A stretch of 63,302 nt of DNA, filler included, from Atractiella rhizophila (Eukaryota): the NCBI GenBank assembly GCA_021432655.1. It is 3 parts of 3 records of this genome, joined end to end, with 100 filler letters (N's around TTAATTAATTAA, not from the genome) between each part and the next. Parts side by side here need not be neighbours in the genome. Positions count along the whole stretch, not along the records: positions 28,643 to 60,065 come from MU271499.1; 2 more parts are not named here. One strand, given 5' to 3'. The notes under the pieces are model-generated. The model did no database searches and was not told where the DNA came from. It worked only from the letters and a program-made list of their open reading frames with translations. The first letter of the stretch is position 1. Each line of letters starts with the position of its first letter. The position numbers were made by a program, and so were the translations under genes. Below, in pieces: positions 28,643 to 44,551 of the stretch.

Positions 28643-29592
28643 CTATTGGCCTTCTAATGCGAAATCGGTTTTTGCAAATTTGCTCTAGTCACTTCCAATG
28701 GCCGTTATACACCACCAGTAGTGAAATGTTGATAACAACATCTCAGGAATTAGTGGACTTTCAAGTCCAAGTCATTCAGAAAGAATAAAGTAGCACCGAT
28801 TGCTATTGGATCTCGGTTATTATCTTGTGATACTTTATGCCATTTGTACCAGTTTCATGTTTCATGGTAAAGCCTCACAAAATACCCATCTCGTTCTCAG
28901 AGCTGCTGGGGCGATAAGGAGATGTTGGAAGGTACATGATCCAAAATCCAAATTTTAGCATCAAAAAACCGTCGTAATATACACCTGGGGAGTCCAAAAT
29001 GACCGCTGAGTCCATAGATCGGCATAGATAGTACGTAGGGTATCCAACAACGAGTTGATTTGATTATGCACATCATGGCGAGGGCCAAAACAAACAATCT
29101 CCTATCCTTTCACCAAACGCAGCAAAGAGCTACGGGGAACCAATCGAAAGCGAGACGTTGACAGCTAGAATGGAGAGATAGACGGCAATGAGTCCGACCC
29201 CAAGCCGCCGCGTCATCCACCAATCGCTCCACCAGACGAAAACGAGTGTTCCGCTGAGGATGGCTAGCAGACCGACACCTGAAATCCATAGTGGCCGTCC
29301 AAGATGCAAGGGATAGTGCTCCCCTCCGTTCCGGGAGATAAGCCATGTTCCAGAGAGCCCGACGCCAAAGAGGATGTTGAGCATGGGTCCGCCGAAACAG
29401 GCTGAGATGGCCATGACGGGAAACCCCATCCGCGCTATCGTCACGTTCGCAACAAAGTCACCTAGACTGTTTCCCATCGCAAAGATTGTGAGACCCATAA
29501 TGGCATCGCTGATACCTAGGATCATTCCAAAAGCCTGCAATGCAATTAGTTATTCAGAGGCCCTCTTCAGATGAAGGTGAGATAAAACAGAC
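28643..29592. repeat. Near-identical second copy of 30846-31794 (3' end of the cation/Ca2+ exchanger plus downstream DNA)
   Basis: 950 vs 949 bp, colinear, scattered substitutions and a 1-bp indel; bounded by N gaps on both sides. Confidence 0.92.
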
Positions 29593-29656
29593 NNNNNNNN
29601 NNNNNNNNNNNNNNNNNNNNNNNNNNNNNNNNNNNNNNNNNNNNNNNNNNNNNNNN

Positions 29657-29985
29657 CCTCCGTGTCCATTCACTCCATTCGCTCCGTCTCCCCATCCAAA
29701 GGGTCTCCAACTCCGCCTCTTTTCGCTCGTCGTCGTTCCCAGCCTGGGACTCACCGGAGCGAAAGCCACGTCGCCGTCATTCACCACGCTGCTCCCTCCC
29801 GCCGACAGCGCTGAGCTGGTGCTCGGAAAACTCGAGACGGACATGTTCGACGGAGACGTAGACGTCGATGTCGATGCTCCTGAGATGGCAGAGGGTCGGT
29901 AGGGCGAGGTTACTGGGAGACAAGCGGAGGTGAGGGAGAGGTTGCGACCATGTGGATAGGTCTTAGTTTTTGGGGGTGGTGACAT
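29657..29985 (-). CDS. N-terminal Ser/Thr-rich fragment of a gene running into the gap
   Basis: MSPPPKTKTYPHGRNLSL... open until the N gap at 29656. Confidence 0.5.
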
Positions 29986-30319
29986 CGTATTCGCTGGTGC
30001 AGCTGGCTGCTTGGGTGGTAAAAGAGTGATTGTGCAGCTGGGAGTGACCTGGTTGGTGGCAAAGGAGTGTTACTGAGTAGTCGTTCGATGGTCGTTGTTT
30101 TGTCTTGTCGGGATTCCAAGTCGCAGTCGCAAAGTGAAACACTACTTGGCCACTTTTTTTATGGCCGTTATGAACTTGACATCACTTTCATTTGGACGTA
30201 ACAGGGTAGGGCATCGAAATTGCATTTCACGGTGTGCCTTAAGGGTGGAGTTGCTGGCGTTGGGTGTCGTATTACCGAGCACGAGACTGGTATTTAACGG
30301 GGTCAAGTTCGTTGAACAT

Positions 30320-30830
30320 TGTGAGCTCTACGAGTCCTCCAATAGATAGATAGATATATGGGTAGACGATGCCGGAGGAGAGATTGGTGATTGAAACATC
30401 CAGCTGCTATGCGGAGCATCAGTGACCTTGCAGCATTGCAGTGGGCCGCCCATGTTTCCACATATCCTCGATCCAGATAGTCGTTTTCTTTGCCAGGGTT
30501 GATAATGAGGCAGCATGTCTTCTTTCAATAGGATCTCGTCGCTCGAGCCATTCTTGTTGCTAAAGGTAGCATATTGTCTCATGAAGGACCCATATTGTTC
30601 TGCTACATTTGCAGTTTATTAATAATCCTTTAGCTGCTTCACAGACTATCGCGCTGGTAGTCGATATCTTCCTCACACTTATGGCTCCACTCCACCTGCC
30701 CTTGGAAGGAGGATCTCTCCTGACGGCCATCCCTATGAATACTCACACTCCCCACCAGTTGCAGCGGCGGCGGCGTGTCAAACTGATTATGCTCGTCGAA
30801 CTCAAAACTGGAGAATAATATGCACCTAGC
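30320..30830 (+). pseudogene. Decayed orphan gene fragment
   Basis: LYESSNR*IDIWVDDAGGEIGD*NIQLLCG... with stops at 30347 and 30392; further exon-like frame CFTDYRAGSRYLPHTYG... Confidence 0.3.
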
Positions 30831-31331
30831 TCATGTATGGGTGGCCTATTGGCCTTCTAATGCGAAATCGGTTTTTGCAAATTTGCTCTAGTCACTTCCA
30901 ATGGCCGTTATACACCACCAGGAGTGAAATGTTGATAACACCATCTCAGGAATTAGTGGACTTTCAAGTCCAAGTCATTCAGAAAGAATAAAGCAGCACC
31001 GATTGCGATTGGATCTCGGTTATTATCTTGTGATACTTTATACCATTTGTACCAGTTTCATGTTTCGTGGTAAAGCCTCACAAAATACCCATCTCGTTCT
31101 CAGAGCTGCCGGGGCGATAAGGAGATGTTGGAAGGTACATCATCCAAAATCCAAATGTTAGCATCAGAAAACCGTCGTAATATACACCTGGGGAGTCCAA
31201 AATGACCGCTGAGTCCATAGATCGGCATAGATAGTACGTGGGTATCCAACAACGAGTTGATTTGATTATGCACATCGTGGCGAGGGCCAAAACAAACATT
31301 CTCCCATCCTTTCACCAAACGCAGCAAAGAG

Positions 31332-34207
31332 CTACGAGGAACCAATCGAAAGCGAGACGTTGACAGCTAGAATGGAGAGGTAGACGGCAATGAGTCCGAC
31401 CCCAAGTCGTCGTGTCATCCACCAATCGCTCCACCAGACGAAAACGAGTGTTCCGCTGAGGATGGCTAGCAGACCGACACCTGAAATCCATAGTGGCCGT
31501 CCAAGGTGCAAGGGATAGTGTTCCCCTCCGTTCCGGGAGATGAGCCATGTTCCAGAGAGTCCGACGCCAAAGAGGATGTTGAGCATGGGTCCGCCGAAAC
31601 AGGCTGAGATAGCCATGACAGGAAACCCCATCCGCGCTATCGTCACGTTCGCAACGAAGTCACCTAGACTGTTTCCCATTGCAAAGATTGTGAGACCCAT
31701 AATGGCATCGCTGATACCTAGGATCATTCCAAAAGCCTACAGTGCAATTACTTATTCAGAAAACCTCTTCAGATGAAGGTGAGACAAAACAGACCTGCAA
31801 GATGCCAACTACCTCTCCCACAATCGTCAGAATCCACACCATCGCGACCACGAAACCGAGAAAGCAGAGCGCGAATCGACCCTTATGTTCCGTATGTGTA
31901 AAGACGGCATAAGCGGTTGATCCAAGTGCGAGTCCCACAGCTATCGCTGCGAGGGGGTACCACCACTTCAGTTCTGTTCCTATATGCCGGACAAACAACG
32001 AAACCAAAACAAAACGGTCAAGGTGAGGGAGGCGACTTACAGGATGGAGTGGGCGTACCAAACAATAATAGGGTGATGAATACTGGTGCGAGAGTGCATT
32101 GAACCGCTGTCAGCCAGCGAATGACCAGGTCCTCAATTTCCTTCTCTCCCCCAACGACTCCGAATTCTAAAGGCTTCGTAGCCTGATCCAGCCCGCCAAG
32201 TTCCTCTTTCTCGTCCAATTCCTCTTCTTCGTCGTTCACAACCGGAAGGGTGAGTTTGAGCAAGAGAATGGCAGGTAGGGAGAGTAAACCGAGCACTTTT
32301 CCGAGCAATGATTTGTTCCGCCAATCATGGATGGAAGGAAAGAGGGAAAGGAGGACCAATTTTGCAATCGTTCGTTTCTGTGGGCCGGAGGAAGTACAGG
32401 TGGCATCATCAGGCGTAGCGGTAGGTGAGAGGGCAACGTTCTCGTCTTCGCCGCTTTCGCTGGTCACACGAATAGCGGGAATATGCTGCTTCTTCTTCGG
32501 CACCTCGAGGGTCGGGACTGGTATTTGGAGGAGACCGTCTGTCGAAAGAGCGGGGGTTTGAGGTACGTTGATAGGCGGAGCGAGGCCATCGATCGATGGT
32601 TGAAGAGAAGAAGCATTGCTGAATTTCTTCTTGCGGGGCGAATGTGAGCTACCCCGACTCGAACTCCGCCACGGGTTCCGGGCCCCATCTGACAGATCGA
32701 TCAAGTCTTCGTCCTCATCGACGGGCGAGACGTCACTCAAAGAGTCCCTCGAATATGTACTGGCAGCATAATCCGCCATCCTCTCTTCCCAAACCCTTGC
32801 GCTATACGAACTAGGCTCGATAGCCGAATAAGTCATCCTTTCCCTTTCTCTCTCCCTTTCTTCCCGTGCCCTGTCCCTCTCCTCTCTCAAAGAGAACGGG
32901 GCAGGCATATCCGTTCCCACTGCCGTCAACGTTCTCGCTCTCGATCGTTTGGGGGAATGTGGATGATGCGGTTCTATCGCGCTCGCTATACCTCCATGAC
33001 CATGTCCAAAAGCTCGTAGCTTCTCTGCGCCTCCTTCAGCGGCTAGGGAATTGATGACGTCCCTGAACTCGATGGCTCCCAGGAGGGAGGGACGGACGAC
33101 GGATATGCCTCGTTTGAGACGGGCTGGGCCGGGATGCGCAGTCGTTGGCGCATAGGGATCAGAGGCGACAGAACGCGAGCGTCGGTGGGGGAAGGGATGG
33201 GAAGTAGAGGGGAACGGAGTGGTCGGCGTGTGTGCGGGACGGGTGAGGGTGGAGACGGAAGTGTCGAGCTTGAGGAGCGGTCCCCGCGGCGGGCTATGGG
33301 GGACTAGAACACGATGAAATGCATTAGCTTATCTGCGAGAAATTGAAACGGGTAGTTGGGCGAGAGGGATGGGAAAGACGCACCCTCCTCATCTCGGTAG
33401 GGTTGACGAGCTACCTCCTGCTCATCCTCCGCATAATGCATCCTCGCAGTCCGCATCCTTTCCTCCTCCCTCTCCTTCTTGCTCCTCCACCAAGTCATGC
33501 CTATGACAGTAACGACATAGACGCCGTAAAGCGCAAGCATGACCACAGCTTCCCACGTCTGCAGACTTCCGTCGTAGAGCACGCCCAGGATGGCGCAGAT
33601 TGCGCAGATGAAGAAGAGGATGTCCCGGGTGAAGGAGACTTTGTCCACTTGAAAGGGTTGGACGAGAGCCATGCTTCCACCCACTACAGCGACAATGAAG
33701 GAAGCCGCTCCGATCAGCTCGCCGATGGCCAGAGAAGCCGCGTTCGTCTTCATCGCGCTGAAGGTGCTGAACACGTCCGGGGAACCGTTACCAAAAGCGA
33801 GGAAGGTCACGCCAGCCTTTACATCCCACGCTACCATTAACCCCGTCACCAATCAGAGAAAGAGAGAGACGCACCACTCCTTCTGAGAGCCCCAACCGTG
33901 AGGAGATTGTCGCAAGATTAGGACAAAAGAAATCAGAAGCGACGATTCCGACGAAGGAGAAGAGAAAGAGGAGCCAGAGGAGCATGGCCACGAATGCGAA
34001 TGGCTTCTCTGCAGCTGGTAATGCGTTGTAAATGTCGCTATAAGGAATATAAGACGGGTTCTCCTCCTCTTCGTCATGATTCGCTGCTGAAGTGTCAGTG
34101 GATGGTGATGTCGTGTGGAGGGACTGAGAAAAGGCTGAGCGTATGAGATTGAGCAAGGCGAGGAAGAGCAGAGTGCGTATGAACCGAGAGAGGGAGATGG
34201 AAGCCAT
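31332..34207 (-). CDS. Cation/Ca2+ exchanger (CCX/NCLX-like, Na_Ca_ex domains)
   Basis: Alpha-1 repeat AGVTFLAFGNGSPDVFSTF, SDFFCPNLATIS, alpha-2 repeat GLTIFAMGNSLGDFVANVTIARMGFPVMAISACFGGPMLNIL; large hydrophilic loop. Confidence 0.93.
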
Positions 34208-34494
34208 CCTGTGACGCTCGTCCTCAGCTGAGGGCTGCTGTTTGACTGGGTAGGAGATGTGGTCGTTTAACTTTCAGCAACCTCGTGAAGAGTCACAAAA
34301 CAACCACGGCCAAAAAGCTGGCGAAGGAACGGCGAGCATCAAGGAAGAGCATAGACAGCTTCAGGAAGCTTAGGAATAGTAACGAGAGTATATACCGCTC
34401 ATTAATTTGCTGGGATCTAAAATAATTGAAAGAAGACGTAAGGTGAGCATTCCCTGTGGCCAGCACTAGCTAAGGATTGAGGGGAGGGTTCAGA

Positions 34495-37164
<2,670 letters not shown>

Positions 37165-37857
37165 TGAGCCACAATATTGAACCTCCTCTCAAATGTCCTG
37201 TCAGGGTCGCGCCAGGTCACATCCTTCGCATATCGATACTTCTGTCAACGTGATGACCAAGAATGACTCAAAGTTGTTCTTGACCTGATTTGATTTGCCT
37301 CATTTTCCGCCGCTGCGAAATTGGTTGCTCTTTCAGCATTCGTGTCGCAAATCTGGTGAAAAGAGAAGATCTGTTATGACAATGTTCTTGTAGTGCTCCT
37401 TGCGACGTTCAAGCGCTTGGAGAACATTAAAATAAGCCATACAGGGTCACTTTCTTGTCGTGCTTCGTAATTTCGAGATAGCAACTTGTCATGTCACGTG
37501 CCATGCTTGCTGCATGCATGTACCTCTCTATGATCTAGATGTCCCCTTTCAAGGAAATTACGAGGCACTAGCAAGGCACTAGGAGTTAAAATCCTTCAAG
37601 TTCCAAATAAAAGTATATAAATGCTCTTTCCTTTGTTCGGTTTATCAATCAGCTAAAGGCCTAAATGGAACTGAGATTGTATGTTAAGGCAATTGAGCAA
37701 AGTTCGTGTTCCGTAACCAATCATCGCCATTGAGCGAGGCGAAATGTGCCTCTCGTTCTCGTCCCTCTCAGACTCTCAAAAAGGAGCCAGAGTCCCAAGT
37801 CCACCCGCGACTTTGGGTTACAACAGTTTATTGGCCGCCTCTCATAAAGTTCACAGT

Positions 37858-38872
37858 ATGGCTTGCAAGCTGATCTTCGCTCCTGTTGCTGATCCGAACA
37901 GAGAGGATGGTTATATTTTTAATTCCGAGCATTTCACAAGAATGTGAGCTTCTTCAGCTACAGGTTGATGCTCACATCACGAAGCAGCAGGAACTACCTG
38001 CCACAGACGCTGCACGACTTGATCAGAGCATGTCAACCATACGAAGTCCGACAAGTGCCTGACCCACACTACCCTATCACTCTGTTCAACAGTATACTCC
38101 TTGGTCCCAACGACACGTAGCTAGCTTGCTACAGGAGTGAATATGGACAAAACCTCCGGTGTACGTATCTGGCGTATTCTGGACCTATGTTAACCGCTCC
38201 CTCAGATTGGAGCGCAAATTTTGGCCTCCATTATGGAACGGAAGCTGTAGAGTGGCTGCGCAGAGGTACAGACGTGGTCTACGGCGCCTTGGGACAAAAC
38301 GGTTACCATTTCCTATGGTCCTGCCATAGTTTCAAAGTGTTTGGTCCCAAGAACATGGTTGACCTCATCAACGAGTCTCTCGGGCCTTATTTTGGGTTGG
38401 TGACTGTCAAAACTTGCGCTCTGGGCGTAAATGACACCTACTTTGTTCTTCTGTCGTCTGGACAATACTTTTATGATTTCAAGAACAATTACCCAGGACT
38501 AGCTAACGCGATAGCTACTAAAGGTCCTGGTGCAGTCCACGTCCGTTTCGCCAGCCATTATCTGTTCTGAAATGTCTGATGCACCTGCAGGATATCCAAC
38601 TCCACCCCACGAGTCCCGAGTATTACTTCGTCTGCTTTACCGACAACAGTGTTGAATGGCAATTGCCCTCCTCCTGGAATAACGATTTCCGGGCATACCT
38701 TGCAGAAAACACCGCTTTATCAAACTCTGCTGCCGCCAACGCTCTATCGAGGAATCCAGAGAGCAACGAAGGGGGAGAATTCATCAACGGCTTCGTCCAA
38801 AATGGTGGACTGCATGCTGTAAGCCATTGTGCGATACAGACTGCCTTTTGTGCTCAGTGCACTGTCATGTGA
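37858..38872 (+). pseudogene. Uncharacterised protein with LGxNDTxF-type internal repeats; in-frame TAG in exon 3
   Basis: Five exon-like segments; ILLGPNDT*LACY (TAG 38118-38120) parallels ALGQNGYHF and ALGVNDTYFV later in the protein; exon 2/3 junction uncertain. Confidence 0.5.
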
Positions 38873-39156
38873 TGGATGTGACCAATGTTTGAGCCTCAGT
38901 GTTGCACATGTAACAATTTCTTGTAATAAAAGCATATCTCGTTCCTCTAACCGTAATTGTTGGGGATAGTCCAGCTAGGCATCAGTTTCAATTCGTTCTT
39001 TAATTCATTTGACCCTTGATCAAGCGCAGGGCTCTGGCCACCAATTTCGGGTACACTGGATAGTAAAGATGTAAGCATTTGACACCACTATGACCTGTTC
39101 CTCCCAAGTTTATTATGTCGTCCTTCGAATCAGGAACAAAAACCAGTCAAGTAACG

Positions 39157-41400
39157 ATGGAATTGGCCAACCAATGTCAAGGGGAAAGCATCAGCACAAT
39201 GCCAAATGCACTATCCTTCATGGTGCAACGCTGTGGACCGTGTATTTTGTTGGTATTCAGCTCCTGCTCTGTACTTGTTAACGTTCTACCTATAGGCACT
39301 CCTCGTGTTTGCTTTCATCGTGGAGCTAGATCAAGCTATTCTCGCCCCAGCATTCCCAAAAATCGTATCTGATTTCGCTGCACTGGATCGAATCATCATA
39401 CATGCTTACTCCAGTGATAATTTGTGCCTTGAAAGTTTATGTCTAAAAGAGACGTAGAGCAGGTTTCTTCTTCTTTTCTGGTGAACTTTTCTGAGCTTCA
39501 CGGACCCGGAAATCGTACTCATTTCCGCTATGCTGATTTATGAAGTCGGGTCCGTTATCCGTGCTGTGTCTCCAGGTCTTGGGTGCCTTATTTTTGGTTG
39601 AGATTTTCTGGGGTCGGGGCTGGAGCCATGTTGAAATATTGTAAGAAGAGGTCATTGCTGCCGACGCATTGTCGGAATAGCAATCGTTGCAGGAGTACGC
39701 TGCATCATCGCAAAAATCACAATTCTGCAGCAGAGTTCAGTACCCTTTGGTCCACTTGGAGCAGTTTTTGCGTGCGCTGAGGTAAATTTGACCTCAAACA
39801 ATCAGTCTTGCGAGCATTATTCGCCAACTTTTAAGCGGCGCTCTTACAGACCACGCCAGCTGGAGATTGTGTTTCTGGAGTCCATGATTTATGATTTGCC
39901 CATGCTAACGTACCATACAGTGCAGGAATATCCGCGTGGCTTGATGATACTCTGGTCAACGAAGTTGGCACAGAAATCTACCAATTGCAGGGATCAGCAT
40001 CTTTGGGATTGTGATCACGGTGAAGAAGTCAACGCAAGGTCCAATTAGCTCTCACATTGCAGAGCGCACACGATCGAGGCAAGTCTGCATCATCAAGGGT
40101 GGTTCTGACTGAGTAAATGTGAATGGGATCAGATGACTATTGAAATTGGTTCGCTAGGAACGGCTATCTGACAACATTTTATTTCGCCTATCGACGCTGG
40201 ACTGGATCGGACAAACCTTGCTTTTGAAAGTACTAAGCAGGTCCTCGTGGATCAGAAAAACTGGCACACAGCACTTACTTGTCTTATTCTCGCTCTCCAA
40301 TGGGTTTCTGATTGGGATTCGTTTGACATGTGGACATCTGATGAGGCTACACGGTGGGCACGAATATGCCTGGAGTAATGTCCGAGTGATAACGAATTTT
40401 GCGGTTTCGGAATTGCATGTGTGCACATCCCCTTTTGTTACTGATATATTGAACATTTCTATTAGACGAACATTATCTCGCTGGACCGCAGAGAGTCTGG
40501 CGCCTGCATTTTCACAGAGATTTCACAGCTGGTATCTGAGTTGACAGCTTTTGTCATTCTGTACAGTTTGTTGGTTGCTACCCTTTCCTGTTGCCCACTA
40601 AAGCAACCAAATACCATCGTATACATTTGTTATTTGGCCTTGCAGTTTCAGGCAACCGATCACCACTAGGCTTACAGGCCGAGATTTACTTCCTTTTGGG
40701 GCACATATTTTTTTCGATCTCGTTCGGAATGATTGTGCAGCGTGAGAGCTCGCCCTCCTGTTTGTCCATCGAAGGGTGACTCTAGTTAAATACTGGCAAC
40801 TTCTTTTAGGTCATTGCCTCAACTCCACCCATCATCTGCAACGTTTTTCGCTACAGACGACTCCAGTCCTAATGCGCAGCCTTATGGTCTGCAGCCTCCT
40901 TTCATATGGAATTGACGCGTGCTTACAGACCATCTTGGTATCGATTCAAGCCAAGGGAGCTCAACATCGCTTGTGTTTGCTTTGCCTTCTGCAGCGACTC
41001 GGAACGGCTGTTGGAATCTCCGTTGCTGGTACCATCTTCGGCAACCGCCTCTCCTCTAATGTACAAGGTCTAAGTAGGCCATATGGACTACCTCATCTGG
41101 GTGTAGTACGGGATTCTAAAGCGATTTACTATTTGCCTGAAGAAATGAGTGCTCCGGTGATTCATGAGTTGGTGGGTGGAATAATCATATATATACCTGC
41201 TTGCTCCGTGGATTTCCCTTCACGAGCGAGAGATTTTTGTAGATTCTTTCTTCGTAGAAGTGGGTTCTGGAGTAGCTGCCTGCGTTGTTGCACATTCATC
41301 CACAGCGAAGAGTAAGTTTCAATTGCAAATCGCCATTCATTGCTGGTTGACCTCCTGTTACCAGTATAAGAAAGGCTGGACAGAAGCAAGCGCAAACGAA
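39157..41400 (+). pseudogene. MFS drug:H+ antiporter (DHA2/14-TMS-like), decayed
   Basis: Fragments ILAPAFPKIVSDFAALD, MLIYEVGSVIRAVSPG and LGTAVGISVAGTIFGNRL scattered over frames with stops and frameshifts. Confidence 0.7.
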
Positions 41401-41606
41401 GAGTAGCAAGGAGCCGGTTACGCATTATTGAAGTACCTCGAAATTTCGAGACAGAATCCAGTGCCTCAGTGATTGTCCATTTCCTTTCAGTCTTATGAGG
41501 ATCATTTCCTGTAATCAGGTATATTACACAACATAGAACTTCCTACGGATGGTCCCAGGGAAACAATTAACGCAGTAGTGGCATGATGGCGTCCTCTTGA
41601 AAGTCT

Positions 41607-43024
41607 TCAGCTACTTAGCTTGATGGCCGAACATGCTCCACAGCTCCAAAACTGATTATCATTTTTCAAACTGCACCGATGGCAGAACCATCCTTCATCG
41701 TCGAGGACACGTGCCGTTGGAATATCGGTATTGGACCGTGAGATGAGGGTATCGGATGGGCGGACAGTCGTGCAGATTTCGCACTGAAGAGCCAGCGGAT
41801 TTGTGTTTAGGAATGTACAGGCTGAGCAAGCCCATGACGTAGGAACAACAGTTGAGGACGAGGTGGATTTAGGGACAAGCGTGGGCCGTGGCGGATTTGA
41901 ACCAGAACTCCCTTGAGCTATTGGAGGAGGTTTTGAGCGTGATGCGGTTGAAATCTTGGGCTGGCGGTCCTGTGTCGAAGATGGAGTAGATGCTGCACGC
42001 TGAATGGAAGGGGTGGAAGAAGAAGGGGAAGCGGGAGAGGTAGTGGGAGGCGCAATAGGTCGCGTGTCTGGGACACTGAGAGGAGCCTCGTCATCAGGGT
42101 CCAGATCAATGATTTGTCTTTCCGTAGACTCGGCGGCGGCTTTTTCAACCTCCCTCTGCATCTGCTCATCGAGATTCGAATCTCCATGACCGCAAGCAGT
42201 TGCATCTTTCATTCGTCGTTCCGCAGCCTGCACACTCGTCAGTTACTCAGATGGTAGGAACGAAGCATGCAGCCCACCTCAGCCGCCATTTGCCTGGGGC
42301 TCTTCCCCAAGGTCCTGGAACCACCTAATTTCCTCCCTTCAGTACCCATAATACCCTGCAACTTTCTCCTCTTCTCAGCCATCTCTGCAGCCTTCTTCCT
42401 AGCCTGATCTAACGAAACGCCCCTGTCGTTGCCAACTCCTTGACCCAAACGCTTGCCGTTACTTTGGAAACCTTCGCCAGAGTACCCTGATGACCGCAGG
42501 GCATCGTATTCGTCTTGCAATTTGTCGAGGTAGGCGTAAAACTTCTGGTCATGCGGACCATGAACGTTGTGAGTTAACTCGTGAAGCATTGTCCCAATCA
42601 GGTCCGTTTCAAGGTCATAGAAGGAATTTGGAGAGTGTGCTGTTTGGAAAACAACTCAAACCCATAGTCTACTAAGGCAACACAAAGAACGGACCTGGAC
42701 GGAGGCGAATGCAGATTTTTTGCCCGTGGTTCACATTCAAACCTGAATTTGCACATCTTTGAGCCCAATGTGAATGACACCTGCATTTGCATACCTAGTA
42801 AGCCTGGGTTCTCTGGGAAGAACTCGACAAGTTCCGGCAAAGTCCATCCATGCTTTTTCATGATAGGTTTAACAAGCTGAGACTACCATCAGAGCAGTAA
42901 TAGAGTCGGAAACCGAGCGAGTGCTTACACTAGCTATCTTCTTCAACAATTCTAAAGCTTCATCAGCTCTGGGGCGGTTCTTGAGCGCTCTGATCGAGAG
43001 CACTTGGGTTGAAGGTGCAGACAT
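41607..43024 (-). CDS. WSS1: WLM-domain metalloprotease with two RanBP2-type zinc fingers
   Basis: VKPIMKKHGWTLPELVEFFP, LHELTHNVHGPHD (HExxH), GEGFQSNGKRLG, SIM-like IIDLD, WACSACTFLN and WFCHRCSLKN fingers. Confidence 0.93.
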
Positions 43025-43169
43025 ATCGAATTCCAGTAGTTACGTAGTAGATGCTCAAGAAAGTCCCGGCTCTGAAGCAGATGTACGACAAGGAAAGTCA
43101 CCCAAAATCTTCTTATAAGAGGAAGACGCGTCAACACGTGACACTTACCTAGTAGGACCCCCCCAGATG

Positions 43170-43764
43170 ATGCCGTGGTCACAGGGCGCGCATTGCGCGA
43201 CCTGGGTCGACGAACAACGACTTTCGTGGACTACTAGTGGAGGTCTTCAACAGTCGACGACGACGATCTGGACGGTGATCGAGAGCCTTCCTTGGGTACG
43301 AGAGGGTTGAAGAAGTTCTAAACGGGTGAGTTCTCCGTTTCTCTGACCTTTTTTTGGTGTCTCGTTTCCTGAGCTGATCATGAATGCAGTGACGACAACT
43401 TTGACCTGTTCCGACCCTCGATAAACACCCTACTGCCCTCCAGTTTCCCTCGTACACTCAGCTCAACCCTCCTCGCCTTGCATGACTTTATTCCGCCTCA
43501 AATTTGCGAAGTGGCACCTCCCCACCGTCATCACCGCCAAAATCAGGTCAGTCCCACTCCCCTTCCCTCTTTTTCATGCTGAAGATGCTTGTAGCATCAT
43601 TCCCAGCTCTAGTACGACCCCCCCAAATGATTCCTCGCACCGAAATCTCCATTCCGAATGACCCCAACCTGCCGCAACCACCTTTCAGTTTCCCACCAAA
43701 TGACGAATCGCGGTGGCATCCGGAGTACTTAGGTGGCGCGTATGAGTGCTTTCAGAGTTTATAG
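43170..43764 (+). CDS. Possible small multi-exon orphan gene or fragment
   Basis: Two canonical-looking introns (GTGAGT..CAG near 43325, GTCAGT..TAG near 43547) joining Pro-rich frames; no clear start. Confidence 0.2.
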
Positions 43765-44551
43765 GGGAGGAGGAGTCGGTTCGTCCACTTTTTCAGTCAT
43801 TTGGGCACGGTTGAGTCGAAAAAGGTGTGTGTGAATGATAGGACCAATTTCCTCCCATCCCCTTTCCTTCATCTCTCCAGCGTTCGTGGCATCTCCCAGC
43901 TCGAATTGACGCCACCGGCGTCTAACAGACTGTTGCATCATGCTAGTGCGCATGCACTGCACGATATGGCGTCACGAGATTTTCACAGGTATGCACATAG
44001 TTTCTCAATGTCCCGTTCCGTCTGCGTCCCTTTCTCCTGTGCTAACCACTGTCGGAACAGGTTCACTTTGTTTCTCGCGAGCTCTCTTCCCCGTGTCCAA
44101 CGCTAGCCATGGGACACGGCTCTCCTCCCTGCGATTGCGACCAAGTGGATTTCTCAGTCGTGCAACATTTTCAGTGCGCTCTGTGAGTTGGCTCTTCATG
44201 TTCCTTTGTAGCTTCAAGTCAGAATAGATGAAAGAAATCGTTTTCCACTATATCATTTATCTGTGAACACTCTATGATAATATGAGTTGCTCCCTCCAAT
44301 CCAGTCCTCTAAATCTGTTTGCAACTCCTGCCTTGTCACTGTTCTGCAAGTGAGTTTCACTTTGAGATTGAGTAAGCAGCTTCAGAGTTCGCTTGTGTTC
44401 GCAAAATATGCACGAAAATGTGCGATTGACTTCTGGAATCACGGCGGCCACGATTTGTGGTCATAGTCCACAACGGTCATTCCGTTCTTCATTTGTACTT
44501 CTAGCCCTCTCAAGCTCTTTCCTCTTCCTTCCCCATCCTTTCACCTTCGAA

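Noticed and set aside
30055..30063. GGTGGCAAA (Rpn4/PACE-like), and a weaker GTGGCAAG near RPT2
   Set aside because: Single short matches; the RPT2 one is imperfect, and the factor's relevance in this lineage is not established
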